Virus record (IMG/VR): IMGVR_UViG_2648501334_000005
Reading direction: 5' to 3' (one strand)
Length of the DNA: 26,609 nt
Origin: a virus
Taxonomy: Duplodnaviria; Heunggongvirae; Uroviricota; Caudoviricetes
Each line of letters begins with the position of its first letter. The first letter of the stretch is position 1. This document shows, piece by piece, positions 18,281 to 26,539 of this stretch. The notes below the pieces were generated by a model. The model had not been told where the DNA came from. It searched no databases and saw only the letters and a list, made by a program, of their open reading frames with translations. Position numbers and translations under genes: made by a program.

Positions 18281-21200
18281 ATGACATTAAACGATTTCTA
18301 TGCGGATCGCTTTGGCAGCGATCCGTTCTCGCTAATTGAAGCAGCACGGGATGAACTAACCGAGCTGGCACAGATGGCTGGTATCAACTGGCCTGCCTGT
18401 TCCGACAACATCCAACTCAACCCTCGCGGGGGGGTTGAGCGTTACTCTTCATACAATAAAACATCTCCAGAAGCTCTCGAAAAGAGCCTGAAAGGACGCG
18501 TAGAAATTTACTCCAGGCTGGAACACAGCAAAGGGATTGATTACCCGTTCATTAACTTCGTCCATAAAGGCAGCGATGCTGGCTCATGGAGCGGTTTCTC
18601 CTTCCTGTTTTCTGAATATCGCCGTGAGCAACAACGGAATAATGCGACCGTGGTCGCACAACCGGAAGAAGAACGGGAAAGAATAGAACGTCAGGCCGAA
18701 GCACGTCGTCGCCGTGAAGAACAAAAACGAATTAATGACCTGAAAAACAACCAAATGGACCATGAACGTTTGCTGGGATGGCTGGCATTCCACAGCGCGT
18801 GGGAACATGCTCCGGCTGAAGACGGCTCATGGCCATATGCGATTAAAAAAGGTATTCGTGACGTTTTTAGTTCATGTGATGTGCGTCGCGTGACCAGTCA
18901 CGACAGTGCGAAATGGAGCCGGGGGCCAACCACATATATGGCTATCCCTCTGGCTCACCTGGACGGTCGTTATGATGGTCGTATTGTGGGTTGGCAGCGA
19001 ATCGACAAACAAGGTGGGAAATACCAGACCAGCGCAGTAACCAGCGGCGATTTCGTCGGTGCCTGCTTTGTTATCGGTGAGCTGAAAGGGGCGCAAAACA
19101 TCGCTGTTACAGAAGGTTTTGCTACTGGTGCATCCATCTGGCTTGCCACGAAAAAAGATAAACGCTTTGACGCTGTGGTTGTCGCTGTATCCGCTAACAA
19201 CATGGTTCATGTTGTGGAACAACTGGTAAACATGTACCCGGCGGCAAAAATCACCTGCGCACTGGATAATGACCGGAAATCTGCCACAGAAGGAAAAGGG
19301 AATACAGGCCTGCGGACTGGCTATGAAATCTTATCGAAATTCAACGATGTCCGCTGCGTCTATCCAACTTTTGAAGACGATCCGCAAATGGAGTGCAGTG
19401 ACTTCAACGACCTGCACAAACTACGTGGACTTCGTGAAACAGCACGTCAACTATTTGCAACAGCAAACCGCCTGAAAACCGGTACTGATTTGCTATCTCT
19501 GACGCTCAACCGCCTGAAGACAATTAAGCGGGATAACCGTCGTACTTTTGCCAAAGAGCTGCTGAGAGCGGTGGATATTGGCATGCTAACCTGTCCGGTT
19601 CCTAACAGTCCGTCAGATTTATTTAACATGTTCTGCATCGTTCTGCGTGAAATGGGACTGGAAAATATCTATCGCGCTACGGTAAAAGACCACATTGCCC
19701 GTCGCCTGAATAAAAAGTGCCGTATTGCCCAGGCTCCGCGCTCTTTCAGCGAACGCATAACTGATCCCAATAAACGCCCTCAACATATCACCTATAAGCG
19801 TTTTGAAACTTCGGTAATGACCGATGATGTCCTGAAGTACGTGCAATCACTACAGGGGATAGTCATCGTCCGTGCTGGTATGGGTTCCGGCAAATCTACT
19901 GGATTGTTACGACCGTTAATGCATAGCTCAGAACGTGGTATCTCTGTTGCTCACCGTGTCTCCCTTATTGGTGGCCTGTGGGAAATGATGACAGAAGGAA
20001 AAGGTGTAAAAGCCGATATCCTGCACTATCAGGATCCTGGCTATCAGGAAATGGCTCCATACGCCAGTAAACTGACCATCTGCATAAACTCGATTGTTAA
20101 AAACTGCTGGCAACCGTTGATGCGCCAGCACGACTATTTTGGCTTTGACGAGGCCACACAAGGGCTACGTGCCGTTCTTTCCGGTCGGGCTATGGAAAAC
20201 CCGGTGGCTGTATTCAATACGCTAATTGACGCGCTGGCCAGAACGGAACAACACCCAATCATGGTAGATGCTGATGCGAACGATCTGCTGGTTGACCTGG
20301 CTGAACTGGCTATGAAACGCCGTGAAGAACTAGGTTTACCGGCATGGCTGCAGATCCACGTAATTGAATTACCTGTTGATGTTCGCAACCGCGAAACAGG
20401 TGAGCCAATCCGGGTTTTTTATACAGAAAAAGATCGCATCATGACCGAGGTGGTGAAAGCTGTATCGGATGGCGAAAAAATCATGTTGGCCACCGACAGC
20501 TCCACCTTTGCAGAAGATGTGACAGCCACCCTGAGAATGCATTTTCCTGGTAAGAAATTTCTGTGTGTAAACCAGAAAAACAAACCAGAGCCAGAAGTTG
20601 AAGCATTTACCAATCAACCGAAAAAGATGGTCAAAAAATACGACGGCCTGATTTATAGCCCGTCTATTTCATCCGGCGTGTCGATTGAGCAAAAACATTT
20701 TGACCGTCATTTCGGCATGTTCTGTGGTGAAGTTGTACCCAGCGACGCAGTGCAAATGCTACGCCGCGACCGTACAGCAAAAGAATTTATTATCGGCTTT
20801 GATAAAGCTCGTGCAAAACGTGAAACTGACCCGCAAAAAATAGAACGAGCATTCGCCCAGGCATTGCTTGCTACCGCAGGTATGAACGGTGAACTGACGG
20901 ATGTCGTTTTCGATGGCGACCGTATATCAATGGGGGTGGCCAATACCGACTTTACCAGGATGAAAATTAAAGCAGCCGCAATTGAAGCGACTGCGCGTAA
21001 CGACTACGCCAGCAACATGATCTGCATCATGCACAGCGACGGTTATAAGGTATCGCCGCTGGCCACCGATTATGCTGCGAATGATATCGGTAAAGATCTG
21101 CGTAAAGAAGCGCGGGATATTGTGTGGGAACAGACACTGGATCTGCACCTCAATACAGAAACTCCACAAGAATCAGAGCGTGAAGAACTGCTAAAAAAAC

Positions 21201-22276
21201 GCGCGCTGACGCTTGAAGAACAGGCAAAACTTGTCCGCTGGGATATTGAAAACGAACTGAAACTACCGGTTGAAGAAGGCACGCTAAAATTCTATTTCGA
21301 TGGTGCTCGAGACAAAGTTCGCCGCTATGAAACAATGCTTTTAGATGAGGTAACAGCTCGTCGTTACGACCGGGAAGAAGCAGCCATCAATTTTACCTAC
21401 GCATACCGTCAGGCGGGACAGTGGCAATATTTTGTAGTGACCGCGATGACTCGCGAGCAGGCTGATGATGTCTTTAAAACTAAATTCCCTGGAATAATCG
21501 ATCACAAGGTAAAAGCTACTCCTACTGTTGAAGTCGGGGCGCGCGGTTTCTATGCGCTTAAATCAGCAACTCTCCGGCAGTACTTTATCGACTGCGGTAT
21601 CAACCCTGAGACTATGACCGGCGAGGCGACTCAGGAGCGTCTCAAATTCGCTCGAGATAACCTCATGACAGCCGAACGCCGTGACCTGTTGAATAACGTT
21701 CTGCACATTGGTGGTTTTATGACGCCAAAAGGGAAGCCTAAAGTGCCGGAAGCGTTGTTTAAAAACATTTGCGACTCTCTTGGCCTTAAAACAGGTAAAC
21801 GTCGCGGCAGAGACGGCGATAAGCGTCCAACCTTGCGTTTTGTTGAGCCTGAATCAGCGGCATTTATGCTGGATATTCTTGTTCAGCGTCAGAAAGATGG
21901 CCTAACACTAAAAACGCGTAAAGCCGAGAAGACAGCCATCGAAATGGATCGCGATTTGGATCTCAATATATATATGGATGATAAAACGCGATCCACAAAC
22001 GAGCAGGTTCAAAACGCCCCTCATTCAGTAATTTCTGAGGCTTTGGCCGTGTTGCCAGTGGCTGTACCTGAGTCCTGGGCGATGAGTGCGCTTTCCAGTG
22101 AGGAGTTGGCCACTATGTCATCATGGTCATCAGCCAGCATAGCTATGACGTTTGCATCCCTGTACCTCACAGAGTTCATGGATCACCTTTCCAGCAATGA
22201 GCTGCGGCGGTTACGTGAATACATTACGGGGAATAGCTCATGCAGCTACGAAGAGCAGGGTGCTTTCTATGGGTAA
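18281..22276 (+). CDS. repA: Replication protein RepA, multidomain primase (TOPRIM) - helicase, 1331 aa
   Basis: Track ORF. TOPRIM-like motifs NIAVTEGFATGASI and CALDNDRKS, Walker A GMGSGKST and Walker B-like FGFDEAT. Size and position next to cB match N15 RepA (about 1324 aa as I recall). Confidence 0.9.
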   Translation: MTLNDFYADRFGSDPFSLIEAARDELTELAQMAGINWPACSDNIQLNPRGGVERYSSYNKTSPEALEKSLKGRVEIYSRLEHSKGIDYPFINFVHKGSDAGSWSGFSFLFSEYRREQQRNNATVVAQPEEERERIERQAEARRRREEQKRINDLKNNQMDHERLLGWLAFHSAWEHAPAEDGSWPYAIKKGIRDVFSSCDVRRVTSHDSAKWSRGPTTYMAIPLAHLDGRYDGRIVGWQRIDKQGGKYQTSAVTSGDFVGACFVIGELKGAQNIAVTEGFATGASIWLATKKDKRFDAVVVAVSANNMVHVVEQLVNMYPAAKITCALDNDRKSATEGKGNTGLRTGYEILSKFNDVRCVYPTFEDDPQMECSDFNDLHKLRGLRETARQLFATANRLKTGTDLLSLTLNRLKTIKRDNRRTFAKELLRAVDIGMLTCPVPNSPSDLFNMFCIVLREMGLENIYRATVKDHIARRLNKKCRIAQAPRSFSERITDPNKRPQHITYKRFETSVMTDDVLKYVQSLQGIVIVRAGMGSGKSTGLLRPLMHSSERGISVAHRVSLIGGLWEMMTEGKGVKADILHYQDPGYQEMAPYASKLTICINSIVKNCWQPLMRQHDYFGFDEATQGLRAVLSGRAMENPVAVFNTLIDALARTEQHPIMVDADANDLLVDLAELAMKRREELGLPAWLQIHVIELPVDVRNRETGEPIRVFYTEKDRIMTEVVKAVSDGEKIMLATDSSTFAEDVTATLRMHFPGKKFLCVNQKNKPEPEVEAFTNQPKKMVKKYDGLIYSPSISSGVSIEQKHFDRHFGMFCGEVVPSDAVQMLRRDRTAKEFIIGFDKARAKRETDPQKIERAFAQALLATAGMNGELTDVVFDGDRISMGVANTDFTRMKIKAAAIEATARNDYASNMICIMHSDGYKVSPLATDYAANDIGKDLRKEARDIVWEQTLDLHLNTETPQESEREELLKKRALTLEEQAKLVRWDIENELKLPVEEGTLKFYFDGARDKVRRYETMLLDEVTARRYDREEAAINFTYAYRQAGQWQYFVVTAMTREQADDVFKTKFPGIIDHKVKATPTVEVGARGFYALKSATLRQYFIDCGINPETMTGEATQERLKFARDNLMTAERRDLLNNVLHIGGFMTPKGKPKVPEALFKNICDSLGLKTGKRRGRDGDKRPTLRFVEPESAAFMLDILVQRQKDGLTLKTRKAEKTAIEMDRDLDLNIYMDDKTRSTNEQVQNAPHSVISEALAVLPVAVPESWAMSALSSEELATMSSWSSASIAMTFASLYLTEFMDHLSSNELRRLREYITGNSSCSYEEQGAFYG
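18642..18659. promoter_or_regulatory. sopC-like palindrome ATGCGACCGTGGTCGCAC, copy 5 (17/18), inside repA coding sequence
   Basis: Same TGCGACC/GGTCGCA arms. Encodes ATVVAQ in RepA. Confidence 0.45.
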
Positions 22277-22460
22277 TGATTGGATATTATCTTTGTGTCT
22301 CTTGCTTTATGTGTTCCATCTATGGTTTTGGTTCATAGACCGAAAGTCTCACAAGGAAAACATGAAGGCCAGGAAGGCGATGTTTCGTGGTGAACAATTT
22401 GCGCAGACTTATCGTATGTGGAAACGTTTCTATCGTGAATTTTCGGTGAACGGGGAGTAA
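22269..22460 (+). CDS. Hypothetical small membrane protein, 63 aa (start uncertain)
   Basis: Track ORF 22152..22460 trimmed to the ATG overlapping the repA stop. One hydrophobic helix (ILSLCLLLYVFHLWFWFI) then a basic tail. Weak ribosome-binding site. Confidence 0.3.
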   Translation: MGNDWILSLCLLLYVFHLWFWFIDRKSHKENMKARKAMFRGEQFAQTYRMWKRFYREFSVNGE

Positions 22461-22464
22461 AAAT

Positions 22465-22791
22465 ATGTCTACTACTGCATTTTTGGACAAACTTGATTAC
22501 CGTCAGCTGCAGTTCTGCCGGGATGAATGCGAACGACGCATTAGGGCTATCCAGGAGGAAGAAAAAAAGGTCGCCTGGGCTGTAACAGATCGTGGCCTTA
22601 TCTTTGGCTGGTTCCGTACGGAGGATTATCTGAAAGCAGTGGAATTATTGGCGCGTAAGGCTGCTGAGCGTTGGGAACGAGCCGACAAGGAAAACCCGGA
22701 GACGAAGTATGAACTGAATCTCTACATCGAGGGCAACCGTCTACCATTGTCAGAGTATAACGCTTTGTTTGCTGATGGTGAGTGGGGTTAA
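22465..22791 (+). CDS. Hypothetical protein, 108 aa
   Basis: Track ORF with a GGGGAG Shine-Dalgarno 7 nt upstream. No family recognised. Confidence 0.45.
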   Translation: MSTTAFLDKLDYRQLQFCRDECERRIRAIQEEEKKVAWAVTDRGLIFGWFRTEDYLKAVELLARKAAERWERADKENPETKYELNLYIEGNRLPLSEYNALFADGEWG

Positions 22792-22793
22792 AA

Positions 22794-23189
22794 ATGGCTG
22801 TTCAATCATACAAATACGAATCCCCTTTGGATAAGGGATACATTCGTATCAAGTTAAGTCGTTCTCAGCATAAGGCTATTTTTAAGGTAAGGAAAATTCG
22901 CATATTGGATGCGTATGCGTATTACTACAACGGTGAAAATGTTGTTGTTGAACACTTTCTTGCACGATGGTTTGTAGCTCTGATTTTTGTCCCTCTCCTG
23001 TTAATTGGTACTTTTGTGGATGGTTTTCCTAGTACATGGCGGGAGATAAAGAAAGGCCTATTCCCGCATAAGTACGGCAGATTTTCGCAAGATAGCTGGC
23101 GAGTTATACCAGGTAAACATTCTGTAGATGAGCAACCGATTGTTGATTCCTGGTTGAATCGTATGGCTGATGCTAAAAAAGTTGATTGA
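22794..23189 (+). CDS. Hypothetical membrane protein, about 131 aa (track start 22782; first ATG after the upstream stop is 22794)
   Basis: Track ORF. Hydrophobic helix WFVALIFVPLLLIGTFV. No family recognised. Confidence 0.4.
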   Translation: MAVQSYKYESPLDKGYIRIKLSRSQHKAIFKVRKIRILDAYAYYYNGENVVVEHFLARWFVALIFVPLLLIGTFVDGFPSTWREIKKGLFPHKYGRFSQDSWRVIPGKHSVDEQPIVDSWLNRMADAKKVD

Positions 23190-23195
23190 ATTGTG

Positions 23196-23504
23196 ATGAC
23201 TGTTACAGGAGATAAAGTGAAGAGTTTTATTTTTGTTTTATGTTTTGCCTTTTCTGCTGCGGTTTATGCCCAGGAAGATAGCATTTCTGTTATTAACTCA
23301 TCAGCGGAGCTTGCATGTAAAAATAATCCCGATGCTGCATCAAAAGAGTCATGCAAAGAGCTGCTCCTTTCGACGGCTGCTTTTGCTTCTGAAAATGCAA
23401 AATTTTATTCAGCCTTTTGTCGCGGCTATGTTAAGGACGAAGATAAAGAAAAATGTGATGATGCCGGTAAGTTAGTTAGGTATTTCCAATCTCTTAATCA
23501 GTAA
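23196..23504 (+). CDS. Small secreted cysteine-containing protein with N-terminal signal peptide (start 23196 ATG, or GTG at 23217 after an AGGAG)
   Basis: Track ORF. Signal-peptide-like KSFIFVLCFAFSAAVYA followed by QEDS (AxA-type cleavage site). Mature part has 4 Cys. No family recognised. Confidence 0.5.
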   Translation: MTVTGDKVKSFIFVLCFAFSAAVYAQEDSISVINSSAELACKNNPDAASKESCKELLLSTAAFASENAKFYSAFCRGYVKDEDKEKCDDAGKLVRYFQSLNQ

Positions 23505-23644
23505 TGGCCTTTGATTAACGATCAACTTCTGATCACTCGTTCAAGCAAACTATAAAAACACCTGTCCCCGTGACTGGTCACGGGGTAAAATGTCTTTGCA
23601 AATTATTGACGTGCGCGTCGTTTTGACGGTAAAGTTTACTCCGC

Positions 23645-23717
23645 TACGGTAAATCCCGTAGCCGGGCGTAGGAACCCGAGTAAATGAAGCGCACAACACG
23701 CGCCAGCGTGTTTTTTT
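23645..23717 (+). ncRNA. Candidate c4-like antisense/regulatory small RNA of an immI-like anti-immunity locus
   Basis: Possible promoters with TTGACG -35 boxes at 23606-23611 and 23623-23628. Hairpin GCTACGG-TAAATC-CCGTAGC. Intrinsic terminator at 23696-23717 (ACACGC-GCCA-GCGTGT followed by T7). GTAGGAA motif (23668-23674) is complementary to TTCCTAC (23801-23807) in the icd leader. Boundaries are approximate. Confidence 0.3.
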
Positions 23718-23880
23718 GTGTGTAAAATCTGCGTACACCAAATTTATGGTGGCTCAGATGGGGCAGCTTTTAGCTGGCCGGTTTCTTCGTTTACCGGTAT
23801 TCCTACCCCCGTCTGGGCTACCGCCATATAGAGCGTAGGAACTCTGGTGGTAGCACGACCAATTAAACGGAGTGCATACC

Positions 23881-24045
23881 ATGTTCAAATTCAAATTTGC
23901 GGCAATCGTTCGCACAGACAAAAAGTCACACATCCATCATCTTTCCACCATCGCGTCATCTGAACGGGAAGCTCGTCGCCAGTTCGCCAGCCGGTTTGTC
24001 CTGGTATTGTCTGCCCGTATTCCGGTGCGCGAGGTGGCTGCATGA
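23881..24045 (+). CDS. icd: Icd-like small protein (host cell-division inhibitor family), 54 aa
   Basis: Below the track's length cut-off. ATG at 23881 with GGAG upstream. Translation MFKFKFAAIVRTDKKSHIHHLSTIASSEREARRQFASRFVLVLSARIPVREVAA has an Icd-like ARRQF...ARIPV pattern. Stop overlaps the next ATG (ATGA). Confidence 0.45.
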   Translation: MFKFKFAAIVRTDKKSHIHHLSTIASSEREARRQFASRFVLVLSARIPVREVAA

Positions 24046-24275
24046 ATCAGGTAAAAATGAACACTGTTGGCCTGCTGGAATCGTTGGATGAACGTCTGGC
24101 TCAGGTCTATGCGCTCGTATCATCAGCCCATCGGACAATCTCCAGTTGTGAGGCGTCGATTTATCTCTCAGAAGCAGGGAAACTCCTTCAAATTGCGTGT
24201 GAGCTAACACACGAAGCACAGGGTTATTCAGCATCGCTCTCGTCGCAATTGCTGCACGATAAGGAGGCTGAATGA
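24042..24275 (+). CDS. Hypothetical protein, 77 aa, in the anti-immunity operon
   Basis: Track ORF, translationally coupled to the icd-like ORF. No family recognised. Confidence 0.4.
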   Translation: MNQVKMNTVGLLESLDERLAQVYALVSSAHRTISSCEASIYLSEAGKLLQIACELTHEAQGYSASLSSQLLHDKEAE

Positions 24276-24436
24276 GCGCGTTAGCAGTATTTTCCTTTCA
24301 GGAAGAGCATCAGGTTCGTGTAGTGATGATCAACGGCGAACCGTGGTTTGTTGCATCTGATGTGTGTATGGCGGCGGGTATTGATTCTACGGCCATCAGA
24401 AAGTTGGATGAGCACGAAAAGGGGCAGGCGAGGTAG
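24272..24436 (+). pseudogene. ant: Truncated antirepressor: BRO-N domain N-terminal fragment, 54 codons
   Basis: AAGGAGG Shine-Dalgarno then ATG at 24272. MSALAVFSFQEEHQVRVVMINGEPWFVASDVCMAAGIDSTAIRKLDEHEKGQAR matches the start of BRO-N/Ant domains but stops after the EKG motif. Only about 45 bp remain before the telN 3' end. Confidence 0.45.
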
Positions 24437-24481
24437 ACCACACAACAAGGCACCGATAATTCGGTGCCTTTACCGTATGCT

Positions 24482-26383
24482 TTATCCGAAATATGTCAGC
24501 CATGCTAACTGCATTGCTGATATAGGGCTGTTTGCACTGCCGGACCAAGCATAATTCTGGCCATTATAATGAAACTCAACAACGTATGAGCCATCACCAA
24601 TATTTCTCACAGGCTTAAATACCGGCTTAGATACAGGTGAAGAAGGCGCGGGCGGTTGCTGTTCTTCTACGCTCTCTTCCTCTTCCTCTTCCTCTTCCTC
24701 TATCTCAATTTCGTCGTCATCCAGATCGTCATCCTCTGATAATTCATCCGTCTGTTCAGGTATTGCTTCCAGCTCTTCTTCGTCAGGCATAACGATTTCT
24801 GGAGAATCTATTTTCAGCTGCCATTGTCCATTTTCGCCAACAAATTGCCCCAGAGCATCAGCAGCAAATTCCAGGTATCGACTAATCATTGTAGGGCTAA
24901 ATTTGAATGCTCTTAGAGTGCTGTTCGTGATTTTTATAGAGGGGTCCTGCTCTACCAGCTGCTTAACTGTGTTATGCAGACGAACTCCGGCATCTCCTCT
25001 GGCGAATCCTGGCATTTCGTCATCAAGCTGCTGCAATGCTTCCAGCCTGGTATTTTCGTTTCCAGTATTTGGCCTCCATGTCTTTGAGAAGTTGGCCAGC
25101 TTGAATTGCTTATAGTGTAATTGAGTGTTTTCATCGTCATGGCCTAAAATTTCCATAAAGAAAACATCCTCATCTACGTTTTTCCAACGAGGATCTACGC
25201 GGAAAAACATTTCATACGCAATACGGGCATAAATAGCACGACTATCTTTATAAACACGGCGGTCATCTTTGAAAAATGATTTAACCCACGGGTTAAAAGC
25301 CTTTGCTAATATGGCATTAATCCGTCCGTTTTCAGAGCGTGTGTCGTTATCTCCATAACCTTTAACGACATCATCAAAATCAGATGCTGCTGGGCATGAG
25401 CGAAGTACATTTATTAAATAAACAAATGTTTTTGCTTCGCATAATGTATATATTTTTCTGGTTATATCATCAGAAGTTCTTTTTTTTGCTTGGCCTAAAA
25501 AATCAACGGTATACTTACCAGAAACAGTAAATGTACCTTGATACATAATCTCAATCATTCGTCTTCCAGACAATGCAGCAAGTGCAAATGCCAAAGGAGC
25601 CATACCTGAACGAGTGTTTAGATTATTTAATGTAGCAGGGCTATTTATAATATCGTAAATAGCTTGCATATATTTAGGGTAATCAATGACCACTACGTTA
25701 CGTTTCTTATTGTGCAGAACGTCTGCCCATCGTTGCTGGATAGATGCGCGTTCGGCAGGGCTTAGTTGAAGATGATAGAGAATCTCATGGTTAACTTTTA
25801 GCTGATTCAACTCCTCAAGTAAGGCAGATCCTTGCTGTAGTAATTTATATAAATAATCGCGCTTATCTTTCCAGTTATCGCTAGTTAAATCAGAAATGGC
25901 GAATTGCCACTCTTTATATTTATTTGATAATTTTAATAACTTATTATGACTTTTGTTATCACCAATTCTGATATTAGATAAATCTTCTGATAAAGGGAGA
26001 ATTAATTTTAATTTTGCCTGTAAAGCTGACATTCTCTGGCGAATATCGGCAGCAGGTAGAGAAAGCCATGATAATAGCTCCTCATTATATAAAGGATACT
26101 TTTCAGATAGGCGATGTATATTTTTTTCAAAGCTATGATGAAGTTTATCATCAAACCGTTTTCTGGCCCTGCTCATATAGGCATTGAATGTGTTGGCTGT
26201 AATTCTTTTTTCTAATCCTTTCCCCCTAAACTTTCGCTTGTCATTAAATAATGCATTTTTAAATTTTAATGCAACAGCTTTTATTTTTTTTGTTTTTTCC
26301 CCTTGAGGACGGTCAGAGTTATCTATTGACTCAACATCGCTAACAAGTGAGTTTATTAATTCACCGATTTTTACTTTGCTCAT
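24482..26383 (-). CDS. telN: Protelomerase (telomere resolvase) TelN, 633 aa
   Basis: Track ORF. MSKVKIGELINSLVSDVESIDNSDRPQGEKTKKIKAVALKFKNALFNDKRKFRGKGLEKRITANTFNAYMSRARKRFDDKLHH... tracks N15 TelN (about 631 aa) as I recall it, including the acidic C-terminal stretch. Strong AGGAGAGG ribosome-binding site. Confidence 0.92.
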   Translation of the reverse strand: MSKVKIGELINSLVSDVESIDNSDRPQGEKTKKIKAVALKFKNALFNDKRKFRGKGLEKRITANTFNAYMSRARKRFDDKLHHSFEKNIHRLSEKYPLYNEELLSWLSLPAADIRQRMSALQAKLKLILPLSEDLSNIRIGDNKSHNKLLKLSNKYKEWQFAISDLTSDNWKDKRDYLYKLLQQGSALLEELNQLKVNHEILYHLQLSPAERASIQQRWADVLHNKKRNVVVIDYPKYMQAIYDIINSPATLNNLNTRSGMAPLAFALAALSGRRMIEIMYQGTFTVSGKYTVDFLGQAKKRTSDDITRKIYTLCEAKTFVYLINVLRSCPAASDFDDVVKGYGDNDTRSENGRINAILAKAFNPWVKSFFKDDRRVYKDSRAIYARIAYEMFFRVDPRWKNVDEDVFFMEILGHDDENTQLHYKQFKLANFSKTWRPNTGNENTRLEALQQLDDEMPGFARGDAGVRLHNTVKQLVEQDPSIKITNSTLRAFKFSPTMISRYLEFAADALGQFVGENGQWQLKIDSPEIVMPDEEELEAIPEQTDELSEDDDLDDDEIEIEEEEEEEEESVEEQQPPAPSSPVSKPVFKPVRNIGDGSYVVEFHYNGQNYAWSGSANSPISAMQLAWLTYFG

Positions 26384-26539
26384 CTTTCCTCTCCTGATTA
26401 TCCGCTCGGATTATCGTAACACAATTTGAGAATAAGATAACTAATAACGCGTTAACTTAGTCACAAACTAACAGAACACAATAACGGATAATAAACAAAA
26501 ACACAATATCGGAACGTTAAAATCTGTTCCTTGATTTTG

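Noticed and set aside
23897-24091. Track ORF 23897..24091 (64 aa)
   Set aside because: Out-of-frame overlap with the better-supported icd-like ORF (23881-24045), which has a ribosome-binding site and a family-like motif.
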